Positions 39,761 to 53,500 of a stretch of 64,000 nucleotides of DNA are shown here, piece after piece. The notes below the pieces were generated by a model. It was given only the letters and a program-made list of their open reading frames with translations, was not told the DNA's origin and did no database searches. The stretch spans positions 33,871,967 to 33,935,966 of the forward strand of contig CM120640.1 in NCBI GenBank assembly GCA_051362555.1, given 5' to 3'. Position 1 is the stretch's first letter. Each line of letters begins with the position of its first letter. This DNA comes from Lingula anatina. Lineage: Eukaryota; Animalia; Brachiopoda. A program made the translations under genes and the position numbers.

Positions 39761-42310
39761 ATAAGAATTTGAAAATTTCCTATGTATTCCCATTGCTTCG
39801 CCAAGGTGACATCCCTTCTTCACCATTCATCCTCATTTGAGAGTGGATTCAATTATTCACACCCTTAACACTCAGTATTCGAGAAGGAAGAGATGGGCAC
39901 AAAAAGAGAAGAGGTGGGGAAAGCCATTGTGTTTATGCAGTACGGAACTTTTGTGTGGTCACATAAAGTGAGACACTGTCTGTACCCAGTGGCAGATGTG
40001 ATGGGAACCACCGGAATCCTACGTCTGCTTTGTTGGGTTTGCCAGAATATTCCTGTACATGTATAAATTCATGGCTGTATACATGTAACATGTAGTGGGA
40101 GGAAGGGCCCTCTGTCAATACAATATTTAAGGGGCTGCTTACGGGATCCTCTCCCTCTCTTTGCACGTAAACTGTGTTTTAATCCAAGAGACATGTTAAA
40201 TCATTCATAAATAAAGTCCTAAGTCAAAATTCTTTACGGGAAGTGAAAAAAGGAAAAAATACAAGAAATCACTTGGCTGTTGAAGACCATGTACATTGTG
40301 CAAAATAAAGTCGTGCGAAGATAAAAATTGCCTTTCAAAAGAATGTTCCTTGTTAGTTTTTTTTATTTAAAACTCTGACAGAATAATTGTTGATTATAAT
40401 TAAAACACCAGTGAGGACGCCTGGATAATTTGTTAATCTAATATTTGTGTCAAAACATTGTCAATGCATTAATTCAGTTTAATTAAATTTATTAATTTAA
40501 ATTGAATTAAAATGACAAAAACCTAAGAGAAAATAAGGCTATTAAGCTGAATATGAGCCAAGTAATTATTTTCTAAAAAAAATACTGATTGTTATTATAA
40601 TGTAAAAATTAGAAATGGCGTATGTGCTCCCAAATTCAATAAACGTGTAATGTTTTAAAGGGGTAATAACTTTTTGTTTTGGCAAAAAAAAAAAAAAGGA
40701 ATTTCCCTGGAGTAAATAACAATTTTTTCATATTTACCAATGGTTAATGAATCAATTTCTACATTCAAAGTTAGTCCCTTGGTTTTTTTTCTTACTTTTT
40801 AGTAATCTCTTAAGAGATGATTACAGAGTATTGCCATCTATGGAGATCACGTGGTCCGATGACAAGCTCAGATATCAGAATAATAGCCATAACTGCCGCT
40901 TTTGTGGTAAAACAGAATATATTATATTTATTTTAGCTGTTTACAATATTTCTATTGTGAAATATAGATCTCAGACGAAAAGTTATTATCCCTTTAAGTT
41001 TTTTCTAAGTTCAACGGCCAGTGGTCCTTTTACAAGCACTCACATTTATCGGCTGTCAGTGACAGTATAAGTTATGGTATTTGCGTCAGTGGAGCTTGTT
41101 TGCATATGTGCCATTGCGGACAAAACTTTTGATTATATTACCCATATACATAATTGATATATTCATGTTAGGTGCAATTTTAGTGGACAATGTATTTACA
41201 CCGCATAATGTTAAAAAAGACTATGCAGGGAAAGGGATTAGAAATTATTCCAAGACTCTTTAACCGGAGCTTCTCTCTGCTAATTAAACTAGTAATACCA
41301 ATGAAAAACTCGAGTTTTTACTTGGTGACAAAAGCTCCAGTCATTGCCGACGTGGTATTATTCCCCCAATTATGAATATTGGTATTTTTTTCACATATCC
41401 TTTTCCGGGTCAGTTTAATGGTCTTTTCTTTCCTTTGGTTAATTACTGGCACATTGTTTCACAATGATACATTTTGTAAGCTTTCAGCAGTAAAAAAGAA
41501 CAGTTTTTGCCTACATTCCATACTTTCCTGTTGGATATCCTCAAATGATAATATGCTAAAAGTGCATTTACCTTTGAAATAATTAGATGCTGACGTAATG
41601 TCCAACAGTTTGGTCTGTATCATAGGTCAGCTGAGTGCTGACGTCAATTCTGCGCAAAATTGAGTATGTGGGAGAAATGTGTGCGGGATAAGCCAGAGAA
41701 ATATCTGTGAATATTTTGTGAAAAAATCTCTCTCTGGACTCCATCAAGGGTTGAGGATTCGAGCCAAATTGCAAAATTGATGCAAATGATCATGTGTGTT
41801 GGTAAATTTGTTTTAGTATCAAAAATAGCACTGCCATATACGTAGAGAGTGTGCGGTTTAGATTTCTGAAATTAATGTACTTACTGTGTGTTATTTAATG
41901 TCTAAACACAAATTTAATGGTATAGCCACATCTAATGCAACGTCAACATAAAATATATCCTTTTCCACTGCATTCTCACAAATTGATTTAATACGATCGA
42001 AATACATTGCATGTTAATAGCCATATTAGGCCATGAGCAATGTTTACATATAAAAAGCATAAGGAAGAAGGGTTGCATTGTCCTACAGGGCGGTGTTGGT
42101 ACTTGACTGCTTAGAGTCCAATAAAACCTCACCTTTGTAAACAGTGTTTAATTAGTCATTGTTATGTTTCACTCTTTTCCACCCATGGAAACCGCATAGG
42201 TTGCTTACCCAGTCCCAAAGGTTCGGTTCCCAAGCAATGTATGATTTAATTCAATAACGTATGCACTGACGCGATGAGGAATACAGATGCATGAATTTTA
42301 AATACGGGGG

Positions 42311-42319
42311 TATATAAAG
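42311..42319 (+). promoter_or_regulatory. TATA box of the VWD/EGF gene
   Basis: TATATAAAG about 30 nt before an initiator-like TCAC and about 60 nt before a consensus donor G|GTAAGT. Confidence 0.6.
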
Positions 42320-42339
42320 TGTCCAGTAATTAAATGATC

Positions 42340-42380
42340 ACAGACAGAGGGCCTGAACCACAGGAAAAACCGTCTGTTCG
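42340..42380 (+). other. Probable non-coding first exon
   Basis: Lies between the TATA box and donor gtaagt at 42381; the ATG exon has a strong acceptor tttcag 3 nt upstream of the ATG, implying an upstream exon. Confidence 0.6.
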
Positions 42381-44022
42381 GTAAGTTAACTTTTTTCATA
42401 TTTAATATAGCGGTGCACTTAGTAAGGCCTTTTAGTCACACTAAGTTCTTTTCTTTTATTCTTTTCTAAGCAAATATACCCCAATGAAAAGTATTGGTAA
42501 ATAATTGATCGTAACAACGATTTTTGTGGAAAAGTTAGATGAAAAACGCAGAAAGCCATTGCAAAAATTCATAGGAGTCCAGTTTTATTAAATGCTTTGT
42601 TCACTTTTCATGTGTACGTTATAAAAGATAAATAATCTAAATGCGTTGAAATACTTTCGCTTTGTGGCTTTTTGAAAGAAGGCTTTGTTTTAAAAGTGGG
42701 TGCAGTTACACACTCATTTGTTGTAATTTTACGTTAAAATTAAATAGTTAGAGTGACCAAAATTCTAAAATAAGTGAAATCCAATATAATGATAATAATG
42801 ATAATTCATTTTAACGCTGCAATCATGGAACCAAAGTTTAACTAAAATATTATGAAGTAATTATCAATCTAAATTGCATATATAATTAAATTACTTATAC
42901 TAAAAAGTAGAAAATTGTCCTTAATCTTAAAGGTAAATTGTGTTCAAATATGCTGAACTATAGTCTTTATTTATTGGCAATCAACCAAACTCATTTGTCA
43001 AATTATAAGGTTAAGCCCAAAATCCTAAGCCCGTCCACATTGTCTTTTGATGAGTCAATATCTCTGTGGAAACGGTGCTTAAGGAGACGCCATAATTCAA
43101 CCTTAAAGACGAACTGAGCATACATATTTGCGCGTGCAATCAAAATTGAAATAAAGGCGGTTTGATATGTATGAAAAATGTCACTGCGAATTATGGGACG
43201 TTAGGTCAGCCATTATAAGTTTGAGTGTCTCTATTATATACCAGTGATTTATTAGTCTGATGTCAATGCCGGTAAGATGAATAGCACATTAATATGAGCG
43301 TAAATTAAATAAGAGCACTCAAATTGTTACCACTTGGGGCATTCCATACTAACTCTGTATGTTGCTAAGAACCAAAGAATAATTTTAAATATTAAGATGG
43401 TTTCCTTTTCATTAGAAATAATATTATGCGTCACAAGAACAATAGTTTACCGGGGCTTGGCCATTCTTCCAATTTTGAATGCCTTAATAAAATTATAACC
43501 ACTTCATGGTTACCTGAAATTAAACCAGTGGTTTACTGCTGATATTAGACACTAAGTAGACTACACGTGTGACAAGACCATCCTCCAGTAAAAATGACAT
43601 TTTATCAATTTTCATTGCATCTACTCTTCTCATCTTCGTTTACGTAGGGATGAGATATAAATATTTGAATTATGTTATATTTCCTGCGTAATATTTACTC
43701 ATTTATATACGTCATTTTAATAAGATGATCAATTTTACGCACAAATTCAAATACGTGCATGTATAACGTACCCGGAGTAAAATTACTTGTTATTTGCTAT
43801 AGAAACTTAGTTCTACGTTTGAGTCAGATAACTTTGCATCGATTTGTCAACCCCCCCCCCCCCCACCGCCGCCCCCCCCCCCTCAAAAAAAATCGTAGTT
43901 CGGTGCCTCTTGTAGTAATCATCTGCAAGCACAACATGCCAATGATCACCATAAACATATGTCAAATAAACAATTTCAGAGGGTAAACCAAATGTAACTT
44001 CACAATGGTTTTATTTCAGAAC

Positions 44023-44215
44023 ATGGGTACTTGGTTGGCTCTTCTGGTACTGGCAGTAATTGCTAGTACCTCTGCAAGACACATAGCTCGACAAAAACGA
44101 AATACTGTGGACTGTTTTGGAAGAGAACCATGCGTGAACGGAGAATGTCGACAGACAGGATTAGGAACAATATGCGTGTGTAATCCTGGTTTTAGTGGTC
44201 CCCTTTGTGACCAAC
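44023..44215 (+). CDS. Exon: signal peptide, propeptide ending RQKR, EGF
   Basis: [44 protein letters not shown]. Confidence 0.9.
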
Positions 44216-47200
44216 GTGAGTATACATATTCCGGGCCCTATGTCTACCAAATTACCAATTTTTTAATCGAATCAAATAAATCAAATTAAAAGATCGCAGA
44301 TACATAAATCTAACAAAGATACATGTCTGGAACCAGGTCTTCATGTAAACTTCTTGACATAATAATTTTATTAGATAAAACTTTTCACACACTACACTAA
44401 ATTAAAACTTAACCTTACAAGGGTTGCAGTCATTTCCGTGACCTTCCTCAATTATTTTTGCTTTGTAAGATATAGCTTTAATTTAGTGTAGAAAGTGTTA
44501 AGTTGAATATCTAACATTATCAACAGACTACACGCAAAAATCCCCATCAGAATATTTTTAAAACATTATAATGGTATGATACGCTCATACTGGTATTACT
44601 ATACGATCGGACTCCTGTAAGTAAAAACCATTGCTACTTTCAATATATATCAGATGATAACGAAATATCTGTTTCCAGCGGCCTGCTTATGTAGTATAGT
44701 TGGTAACAAATACTACAGAGCTTTTGGAGGCGAGGAAGTCCTCGGTTTCTACGGAACCTGCCGATACAAGCTCACCGGCAACTGCGATGACCTCAACTTC
44801 TGGATCGATTCCGAGAACCAATACGTGGTGAATGCAGTCAGAACCAAATACATCGAGATGTTCATATTTGGAAAACTAATTCGCCTTTCTTATCCCGGTG
44901 TAGTGACGGTAAGTGCTGCTTGGCAAAATTCATAGCCTTTTTATGGAATATCTATTGATTTGATAAAGCAAGATTGCCTTTCTTATGTGTGAGAATATTA
45001 AGATACCATTAAGTAATGTGACCGTTGAAAACACGACAAACATTGCATCATGAAATAACTTCAACAACTGTGTATGTAGTAATCCGTACAACAACAAAAT
45101 GACAAAATTGTAAAAATAACACATCTTTGGACTTAAAGGAGATATTTTCATATTTCATTCTCAAAATTGCACTTTTTTGCACTTTTTATACGTCATACCA
45201 TTAAGAAATCGATATTGACCGTACCAGGAGCTATGCTCTTTGTACACATTTCATTTATTGAAAATTATGGACTGTTGACAGGTAGATGGCGTTCTCATCA
45301 ACTCCCTGCCGCACTTTGTTACTGTGGGCTCAGATCACATCTATATTGTCCGTTTGGCCAATAATGACATTCAAGTAATCACCAGCACAATGGTGAAAAT
45401 AAGGTACGACGGTGATAATTTCGGAGAAATCGAACTACCACCAAGCTACTACGAGAAGACCTGCGGATTGTGCGGAAAGTGCAGTGTGCACGCCCTACCG
45501 GTTGTCATGAGCGATGGCCAGCTTCCGGATCCGGCGCTGCCAAAACCACAGAGAGATGCCGCCATCGGGAACAGTTGGAAAGTGGGCGGTCCAGCTGAGT
45601 ACGTATACATTGTATCTAAGACCCCATTCCCAAAGATTTTAGATCGATCTATCCCTGTGGGGAGTCTCACTAGATTACTGTCAGCTTATCCGGCTTAAGC
45701 GTCTGTCCCGCCTACTAAAAGCTGTAAGGGGGTAATTAACTGTCGTTGCGCGCTCGGCTGACTGCAATTTAGAGTGAACCCCCAGGGAGTAAGGTCGATC
45801 TAGATGGATCGATCTAAATCTCTGGGAATGCACTCTTAGCCTAGAAAACACTCGCACATACAGAACCAAGACATGAAAAGAAATGTAATTAAAAAGCACA
45901 CTGAGTTTTAGAGCGCAGATATCCACCAAGGCATAATGCAAACAATTTTAATAATGGATTATTTTAAAAAGTATTTCGACATCCGGATTCAGTCAAAATT
46001 GTAATTGTGTTTTCCCTCCTGTGGTGAAGCTATTTTGCTCATATACAAATGAACGCTTATTTAGCGGAGTTAACAACTGTTGAATTCATAAAAACGTGTA
46101 GATGAAATGTGAGCCAAATAATTACAGTATGGCTTACTTAAAAAAACATAAAATGCATATCCCAATTACAGCATTTTACGTAAAGGACAAACACAAATAT
46201 GGTGTTCGAAATTTGGGCGGTGACGGCCACTTTTATTGAAAGGTCCCTCTAGTTAAAGAATATTGTTAAGTTATTATATAGCATTAGTTGAATCAATTAA
46301 AATTACGTAATGTTATAGCATAAACAATAAATGCCCAAACAAATAGTGCACATATTTTCATTTGTGGGGTTGCAAAGAGGCCAACAACTTTTGAATCTGT
46401 TGCTCTTCTCATTTTAAAGTTGCGTCGCCGACACGGGTAGCGGTCTTGCCGCTTGTGAAGCAGCAGCTCAGCAGGATGCAGAAGCGAAATGTGCCAAAGC
46501 AGATCTGATGATAGGATGCTCACCTGCCATTATCGGCCAGTACAAAGCAATTTGTATATCTGATGTCTGCCATGCAGACGCGGCCGACAGAAATGAAGTA
46601 GCATGCGGCATTCTTGGAGCATTAAGAAAGGCCTGTGCAGACGACGGTACTAACATCGAGTATTGGAGATCGCTCACCAACTGTGGTACGCTATATTTCC
46701 ATCGTTTGCATCTAATTGTATTGACATGTCCTGCCGAGTTGCTTATACTAAATATTTTAGTCATTTTTGAAAAGTGAATTCAGTTGATTAATTCAAGAAT
46801 TTAAAGACATTCAATAGGCCATATTTGTAAATTTAAGGGCCTGCAGCCTTGGTTTCAATAAATAGTTCATAATAAATAAATATATATTTTTTTTTTGCAA
46901 AATATGCCATATATGATCAATATATTTGATCTTCTTTAAGATGTAGTAAAACAATAATTCCCATTTCATTCCTATTTACATTATTTGCCTTTGACAGAGG
47001 ACGTGGGGCTTGTGTGTGATTCCAGCGAGACATACCAAGACAGTGATTACGCATGCCAGGCATCTTGCTCATCCATTGACCAACAGGAATGCCCAGTAAC
47101 CGACATGGAAGGCTGTAGCTGTAACGGCAATTTAATTGAAAGCGACGGACAGTGCACTAATGCAAGCAATTGTGGCTGTAATGGCGCGACCGGCTACCAT

Positions 47201-49146
47201 GAGGTAATATTTGGATTTTCCTAACATATAAACGTGAAGTTTAGCTTTTTTTCAAAGCTTATTTACGAAGTGGAAATTTCCTTAAAGTGTTAAGGTTCGT
47301 CGCATTAAACGGGTTTTTATAATTTTTTGTAATATCACGGCTGCACGTCGAACTTTTGATTTTATGGTTTCATTATTTTTTATTTAATCTAAAGCATTGA
47401 ATGTAAACGATTTCTTTTGATAACTGTTTCTTTTGATAAATCTCCTGAATGGGGTTTAAGCTATCTTTTGACATCGTTAATGTTCATGATTGATCTCGGG
47501 ATTATTTTTTACAACAAAATTTGTTTTACGCCATATACTTGTAATAGCAATCGCTCACAAATTTGCGTTATTTGATATGAAAATATCCCTCTTTGTTTTT
47601 CCCTTTTAATTGTGTAATATATGAAAATATATATATATATGTATATACTTTAGAATGGCGAAGAGTGGTTCAGCAGCGATTGTACTACCAAATACTCCTG
47701 TAGTAGCGGCACCATTTCATCCACCTCAATGCCGGCCTGCGTTGCTCCTCTTGAGTGCGTGGCTGATATAAATGGCGTGTTAGGTTGTAATGACGGTAAG
47801 TGAATTCTCACCATATATTTCAAGTCGGAATTTCCAAATGAATAAGTGCATAACTTAAGCCATCGAATCCTAAGTTTTAAAAATAAAAATGGAATATAGG
47901 AGAGAGCGCACAAACCATCTCTCTCTCTTTCTCTCTCTCTCTCTCAGGCACTGAGCCTTGACAAAAGTGACATGAAGATGTTTGTTAAAAAGGACATGTT
48001 TTTGATATGATTTGTACGTAAACATGCGCTTGGAAATTAAAGCAATGGGTAAAATGCATTTTCAATAAATAATTTCAGTGCCTACCCCTTACAACAGGGA
48101 CAACTGTGTTGACATCATTTGTGAAAATGGCGGGTCGTGTATCAGTCAACATAATGCATACGTTTGCGATTGTCCTCAAGGGTACGTCGGCACTCACTGT
48201 GAAACACGTAAGTTGACATCAGTGTGCCTTTCTTTTTAAGGTTTCGATTTCAGACAAAGAAACATTTTGCATTGAACTTTTATGTATCAAACAAATTAAT
48301 GTTCTGTATAATTCAGAATATTTCCCCTTTTCACTAAGGAACACCCAGTCAAAAACAGTTGAAAAATAGTCTTTAAACATGCTTTCGAGTAATTAATAAA
48401 ATGTTTATTCAAAAACGTTTCTTAGCTTTGTTGTGAGTGTCTGAAAATAATATCAATCTTGAAAGAAAATAGTTGTGAGAAAAAGTAAAGAGTTAAAATT
48501 TTTTAATGACTGCAGTTAGTCGTCACAGTCAAACCAGGAATGTAATCTCACGCTACACTTAGTCTCTGCCTGAAAGTTGCTCGATTGCTTATTCAAGTTC
48601 AGATTCAATGTATATATTTTTTAAACTAATGACGCGATGAAAAAGATCGATGCATTTATTTTAAATAAATTATTTTGACAGTCACCATGTACACTTCTCT
48701 AAACTTGTTATATATTTTGTTTTAAGCAACCATATTAAGGTCACGAAAAGCAATTAAAGTTCCAGAAAATATTTTCTTTATCGCGTATATGTTATGATTC
48801 CTTTGAAATAAAACACGGCGCTATCATCATTATTATTTCATTTAAGTTTACCATTATATACAAGAACAGATAAAGAGATAAATGTTTGACTATAAATAAA
48901 TAAAAATATAAATAATGTATTTCCATTTTAACAGCTATTGACTACTGCACCCAAGACTCGGTCGTTTGTCAAAACGGAGGCACCTGCAGAAACACTCCTC
49001 AAGGAGCAGTGTGTGACTGCAAACCCGGCTTCAGCGGGGACCGATGTCAAGGTACCATCCAACTGCCATAGTTCTATTACATAACCATTGTTATTGTGTA
49101 GTTATTGTGTAGTAATGACATGGTCTCCTTCTCTCATACACTCTCG

Positions 49147-49186
<40 letters not shown>

Positions 49187-50551
49187 TGACAAAACCATAA
49201 TCCACGGAGTTCAACTTCCCTAAAAAATTTATATATAATTGATATATTTTGCACCGTTACATGCGCTTTTTTTGCATAATAACTTGTGTAAGACCATCTT
49301 GACGAGAATCTTATTCGAGGAGTTAAGGTCTGTTTGTAGTTTCACAGTGATGAATGTACTGGAGAAGTAAAGGTCAGACAGGTATTTTATTGCAAAACAT
49401 ATATGAAAAATTTCAAAGCAACCAAAATGCCCACTAAAATTTCATCTTTTAATGCCACAGATTCCAGCGCATGCCAATGTCACATTTATGGGGATCCAAG
49501 CATCGTGACGTTTGATGGTGCTCTCATGAACTTCCACGGCACTTGCAAGTACAGTTATTCAACTCTCTGCGAAAATTCCCAACCAGGTTTAGAATTCTTC
49601 AAAGTATACGTCAGGCATTTCAACCGCCTCAACACAAACCCAAAGACGGCATTCCCAGAGTTTGTACATCTAGAGTATCGTAACCACACTGTCAGACTGC
49701 AAAGGGCTGCAGGAGGTGGAGTTGAAATATTGGTAGGTTCAAACACTTTATTCATCAAGGGTACAACAGGTGGATATTGAACGAAAAATCCTTAGGCCTA
49801 TATATTTTCTGCCTTATATATTTTAGACACCACTTGTCAAGATATAGGGGTGTTCGGTGACAATTTATCTCGGTGAACTATTACGTGTACTTAACATTTC
49901 ACATGAAATAACTATTAAAAAATAAGTTAATAAATAAATTCTACTTTTCAGGCCAATAGAGTAAAAAGAGACCTGCCAACCTATCTCCACAATAATGGGG
50001 TAGCAGACATAAGTATAGAATACCTTCCAGATGGTAAAGTTCGCGCTAAGGCGGCGAACGGTATAGAAATCTATTTTGACGGAGATGCCAAGGCTATAAT
50101 TTCGGTTCCAAACAGGTATGCTGGCAATGGCAACTTGTGTGGAGTCTGTGGAGATTGCAACGGCATTAAGGCTGATGACTACAAAGCTAAAGACGGCTTC
50201 ATCAAGATCGGGGATGACAGAGTGAACAAGATCATCACATCTTTCTTCGAGCCCGACGAGCAAATATTCAGGTAAGATACAGACTCCATTTCCCCTTAGA
50301 TCTATTTATAATGTTGTTCGGTGTGTCCATATGTGTGTGTGTGGGGGGGGGGGATAAGATTAATGAAAACTTTGCTGGAAAAAAAGCGTGAACAAATGCG
50401 TTGGATAATTTCGCCGATGACAGTGAAAAACAAAGGTAAATAAATGGGTTTGTGTACCCCTTTCCCTAATCTCAAAGTTGAATTATCTGGAATAACCGAG
50501 TGGTTGTCATGAAATCCCCATGTTTTCACTTAAACCTTAACATATTTATTC

Positions 50552-50596
<45 letters not shown>

Positions 50597-53500
50597 GTAG
50601 TTGCGAGCATGGCCTTGCAATTGATGGCTTCCAGTGCGTGAACGACCAAGCGAGAGATTTCGCCTCGGCTGCAGATATGTGCGGGGTGATAGTGGACGCT
50701 AATGGGCCCCTTGGCGGTTGTATAGCATCTATGGATCCCGTCCTGATTAAAGAAATCTACTACGCCTGCGTTGAGGACGCTTGTAAAATGTACTCTCTAC
50801 TTGATGAGCCGAGTGCCAGGAAGGCCAAGTGCGTTATGGTCGAACTGCTTATCAAAAGGTGTGCTCAACCGCCGGCGGACTTCAGGGCTTTGACGTCTTG
50901 TCGTAAGTTTTTATCAAATTTTTTTCTTTTCTTGTTTAACTGTTTTAATGTACACTGTATATATGCATTTATTCATAAACTTACACGCCGATAGGTACCT
51001 ATATGCACCAAAACGTACCTATACAGGGGCGGATTTAGGCCGTCTTCTGGTTCTTCCGGAAGACGGTCAGATTTTCAAGTTGACATTGACGGGTAATTTA
51101 TATGTCGGAAGAAGGTCATATCTCTGGATCCGCCCCTGCTATAGACGTATACCTACCAGAACCTACGAGACCCGTACAGCGCTGTTTATGTTGCCATGTT
51201 GTCCTACCGGTCTGTTACCTATATGTATACTCATTGTTATGCTCTTTTAGATTTATTTATATGAAATGTACGTGAGACTACTGTACAAGAGGTCGTCCTA
51301 TTGCAGCCGTCCTATTGCAAATCCGTGACTGGACATGATATTTTTACTACCTGTAAGACCAACAGGTGTACTTATTTGAAAATTGTCTCAAAATACTTTA
51401 TCTTAGGTTGTGTTGTCTCCTTTGGGTAACTCAATATAAATACCCGTAAAATATATATTGAATGCATATTGCTGTAGATTTTTTCATGAATATTCTATAA
51501 GTGCAGTTAGCAATTATAAAACACGCTCCATTGTCATCATATATTTGACTGTTTCAGCTTTGGACTGTGGTATTTATAAGTCGTACAAGGTGTCTGGGAC
51601 AGCATGCCCCAATACTTGTGCCGATCCAGAGGCCGAATCATACTGCACGGAGGCAAATGTTGAAGGTTGCTACTGTGATGGAAATGCTCTGTTGAGTAAC
51701 CAAAAGTGTATCGACATATCAGACAATTATCACGATTGTGGATGTGCTGATCCAAACGACTTGTATAGCTACAGAACGGTATGTGATTTTCACAACTGAC
51801 TTTTTCACTGAGAGACTGCTTTTATTGGCAATGCACTATTTTGTCTAGAAAATTAACAAATCAGCTAGGATATCCAAATGACTGAAGGATTAGGCTCATA
51901 TATATTCAATATATTTTCAATATTGACATTTTCACCTAACCATAAAAAAACTGATGACAACTGACTTATGAAAGCTGTCTTCAAAACATTTGAGATAGCA
52001 TAAAATGATGGCGCTGCTGAAGCTGTGTGACAGTGGCATCACACTTAACTAGAATACAATTGAGAATCTTTGGGAGGTGGGGCTAACCCTTTAGCATAAC
52101 ATCTTAAACACTCATATGTGCTATAAAATATGTAAATACAATGGGCCATCTATTTGACTCCCTATCGCCACTAGTTCTGTGACATAATTATCAAACACAG
52201 CAAAAAATGTATCTTTTCACTTAATTTTAAACTTATTTTGAATAGGAATAAAATGGCTTTAAAGAAACCAATTCACTGAAAAACATGGTGAATTTGAAAA
52301 AAATGTTTGCTTTTTCTAAGTCAGAGATGGCCCTGAAAAAAATAACATAAGCATTAGAAATAAAAAACTTGGTATAAACAGTGTCTGGGGATAGTTAGGA
52401 CAGTTAGTGGTCTGCGCTACATTGGTATATTTAAATTAGCATTCCAAGACTAGGTAGTTTGTTTTCATTCGCAAATCCTGCAGTGCTGGGTTAGCCCAAG
52501 AGGGCCAAAATAATTATGTGAGTTTATATTTTTAGTTAAAGGGATAACAACTCTTCGTATGAGATCTATATTTTACAATAAATACATTGTAAACAGCTCA
52601 TAGAAATATAATATATTCCATTTTACCACAAAAAAAGCAGTTATGGCAATAAATATGAAATCGGTGCTTGCCAAGTGACCACATGACCTCCATAGATGGC
52701 TATACTCTGTAATAATTTCTTAATACATTATTACAAATAGACAAACTTTTTAGAAAAAAAAAACAGAGACTAACTTTGATTGTAGAAATGAATTCATTAA
52801 CGATTGGTAAGTATGGGAAATTTGCTGTTTACTCCAGGAAAATTCTTTTTTTTTTTGCCAAAATGAACAGTTGTTATCCCTTTAAGATTAGACTGTACGT
52901 AATACATGTAGATTATAAATTTAGCACTTGTAGATGTTGTCATGTTGTAAGTAGATGTGATTAAAAATATGCGTGTACATTTTTTCTAAATATGAATGGA
53001 ATGCTGTGTAAAACATCTTTATTTAGATAGATAGATATATTTACATGTATGTGATTTACCAATATTATCAAGAAAATAACCTAACCCATCCTAAATCTCT
53101 TCATATTTCAATTTTTTGCAGAAAAACACAGCATACTTTTCAGATGGATGTAAGGATCGTTGGAATTGTCATGGCAGACTTAGCATCCCTCCTATTATTG
53201 ACTTAGAATGGACGTGGCCTGGCATGCTTACTCCAGAGGAAGGCACATGTGATAAAAATGCAGAGTGCACTGTGACAGGGAAACAGCTTACCTGTGCCTG
53301 CATGTATGGTTTTACTGGAGATGGTGTTCATTGTGAAGGTAAGGAAAGTAACAAAGTTATATTTTTTTTTAGTTAGTCATTAAAAGACGACCAACTGCGT
53401 CATGGGTATATGAATAATGTTTTTTTTTGGGGGGGGGAGGGGGGCAGAGGGGATAACATGTATTTTGGGGATGTTACATGTAGCCCCTCCATATTATTGT

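Larger units (their letters stand above)
41170..43940 (+). pseudogene. Decayed TLR-like relic G spanning the promoter, exon 1 and intron 1 of the VWD gene
   Basis: CNFSGQCI..GKGLEIIP, HNDTFCKL, HGNRIGCLP, LKLLPLGAF, LTLYVAKNQ, NFEC..SWL..DYTCD, TM-like ILSIFIASTLLIFVYVGMRYKY, TIR-like PGVKLLVICYRN. Confidence 0.5.

Noticed and set aside
16993-44023. Shared bidirectional promoter for the two divergent secreted-protein genes
   Set aside because: The starts are about 25 kb apart with separate TATA candidates; nothing in the sequence supports co-regulation
49865-50263. 132-aa minus-strand ORF and similar antisense ORFs over exons of both genes
   Set aside because: Shadows of the real exons on the opposite strand
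51880-52120. LRR-like words in VWD-gene introns (ITLN*NTIENL here; RLKSLYV and LPENI near 59580-59740)
   Set aside because: No ordered LRRCT, TM or TIR found. Recorded as a warning that LRR-like words arise easily in this AT-rich DNA, which is why the TLR-relic calls carry only moderate confidence
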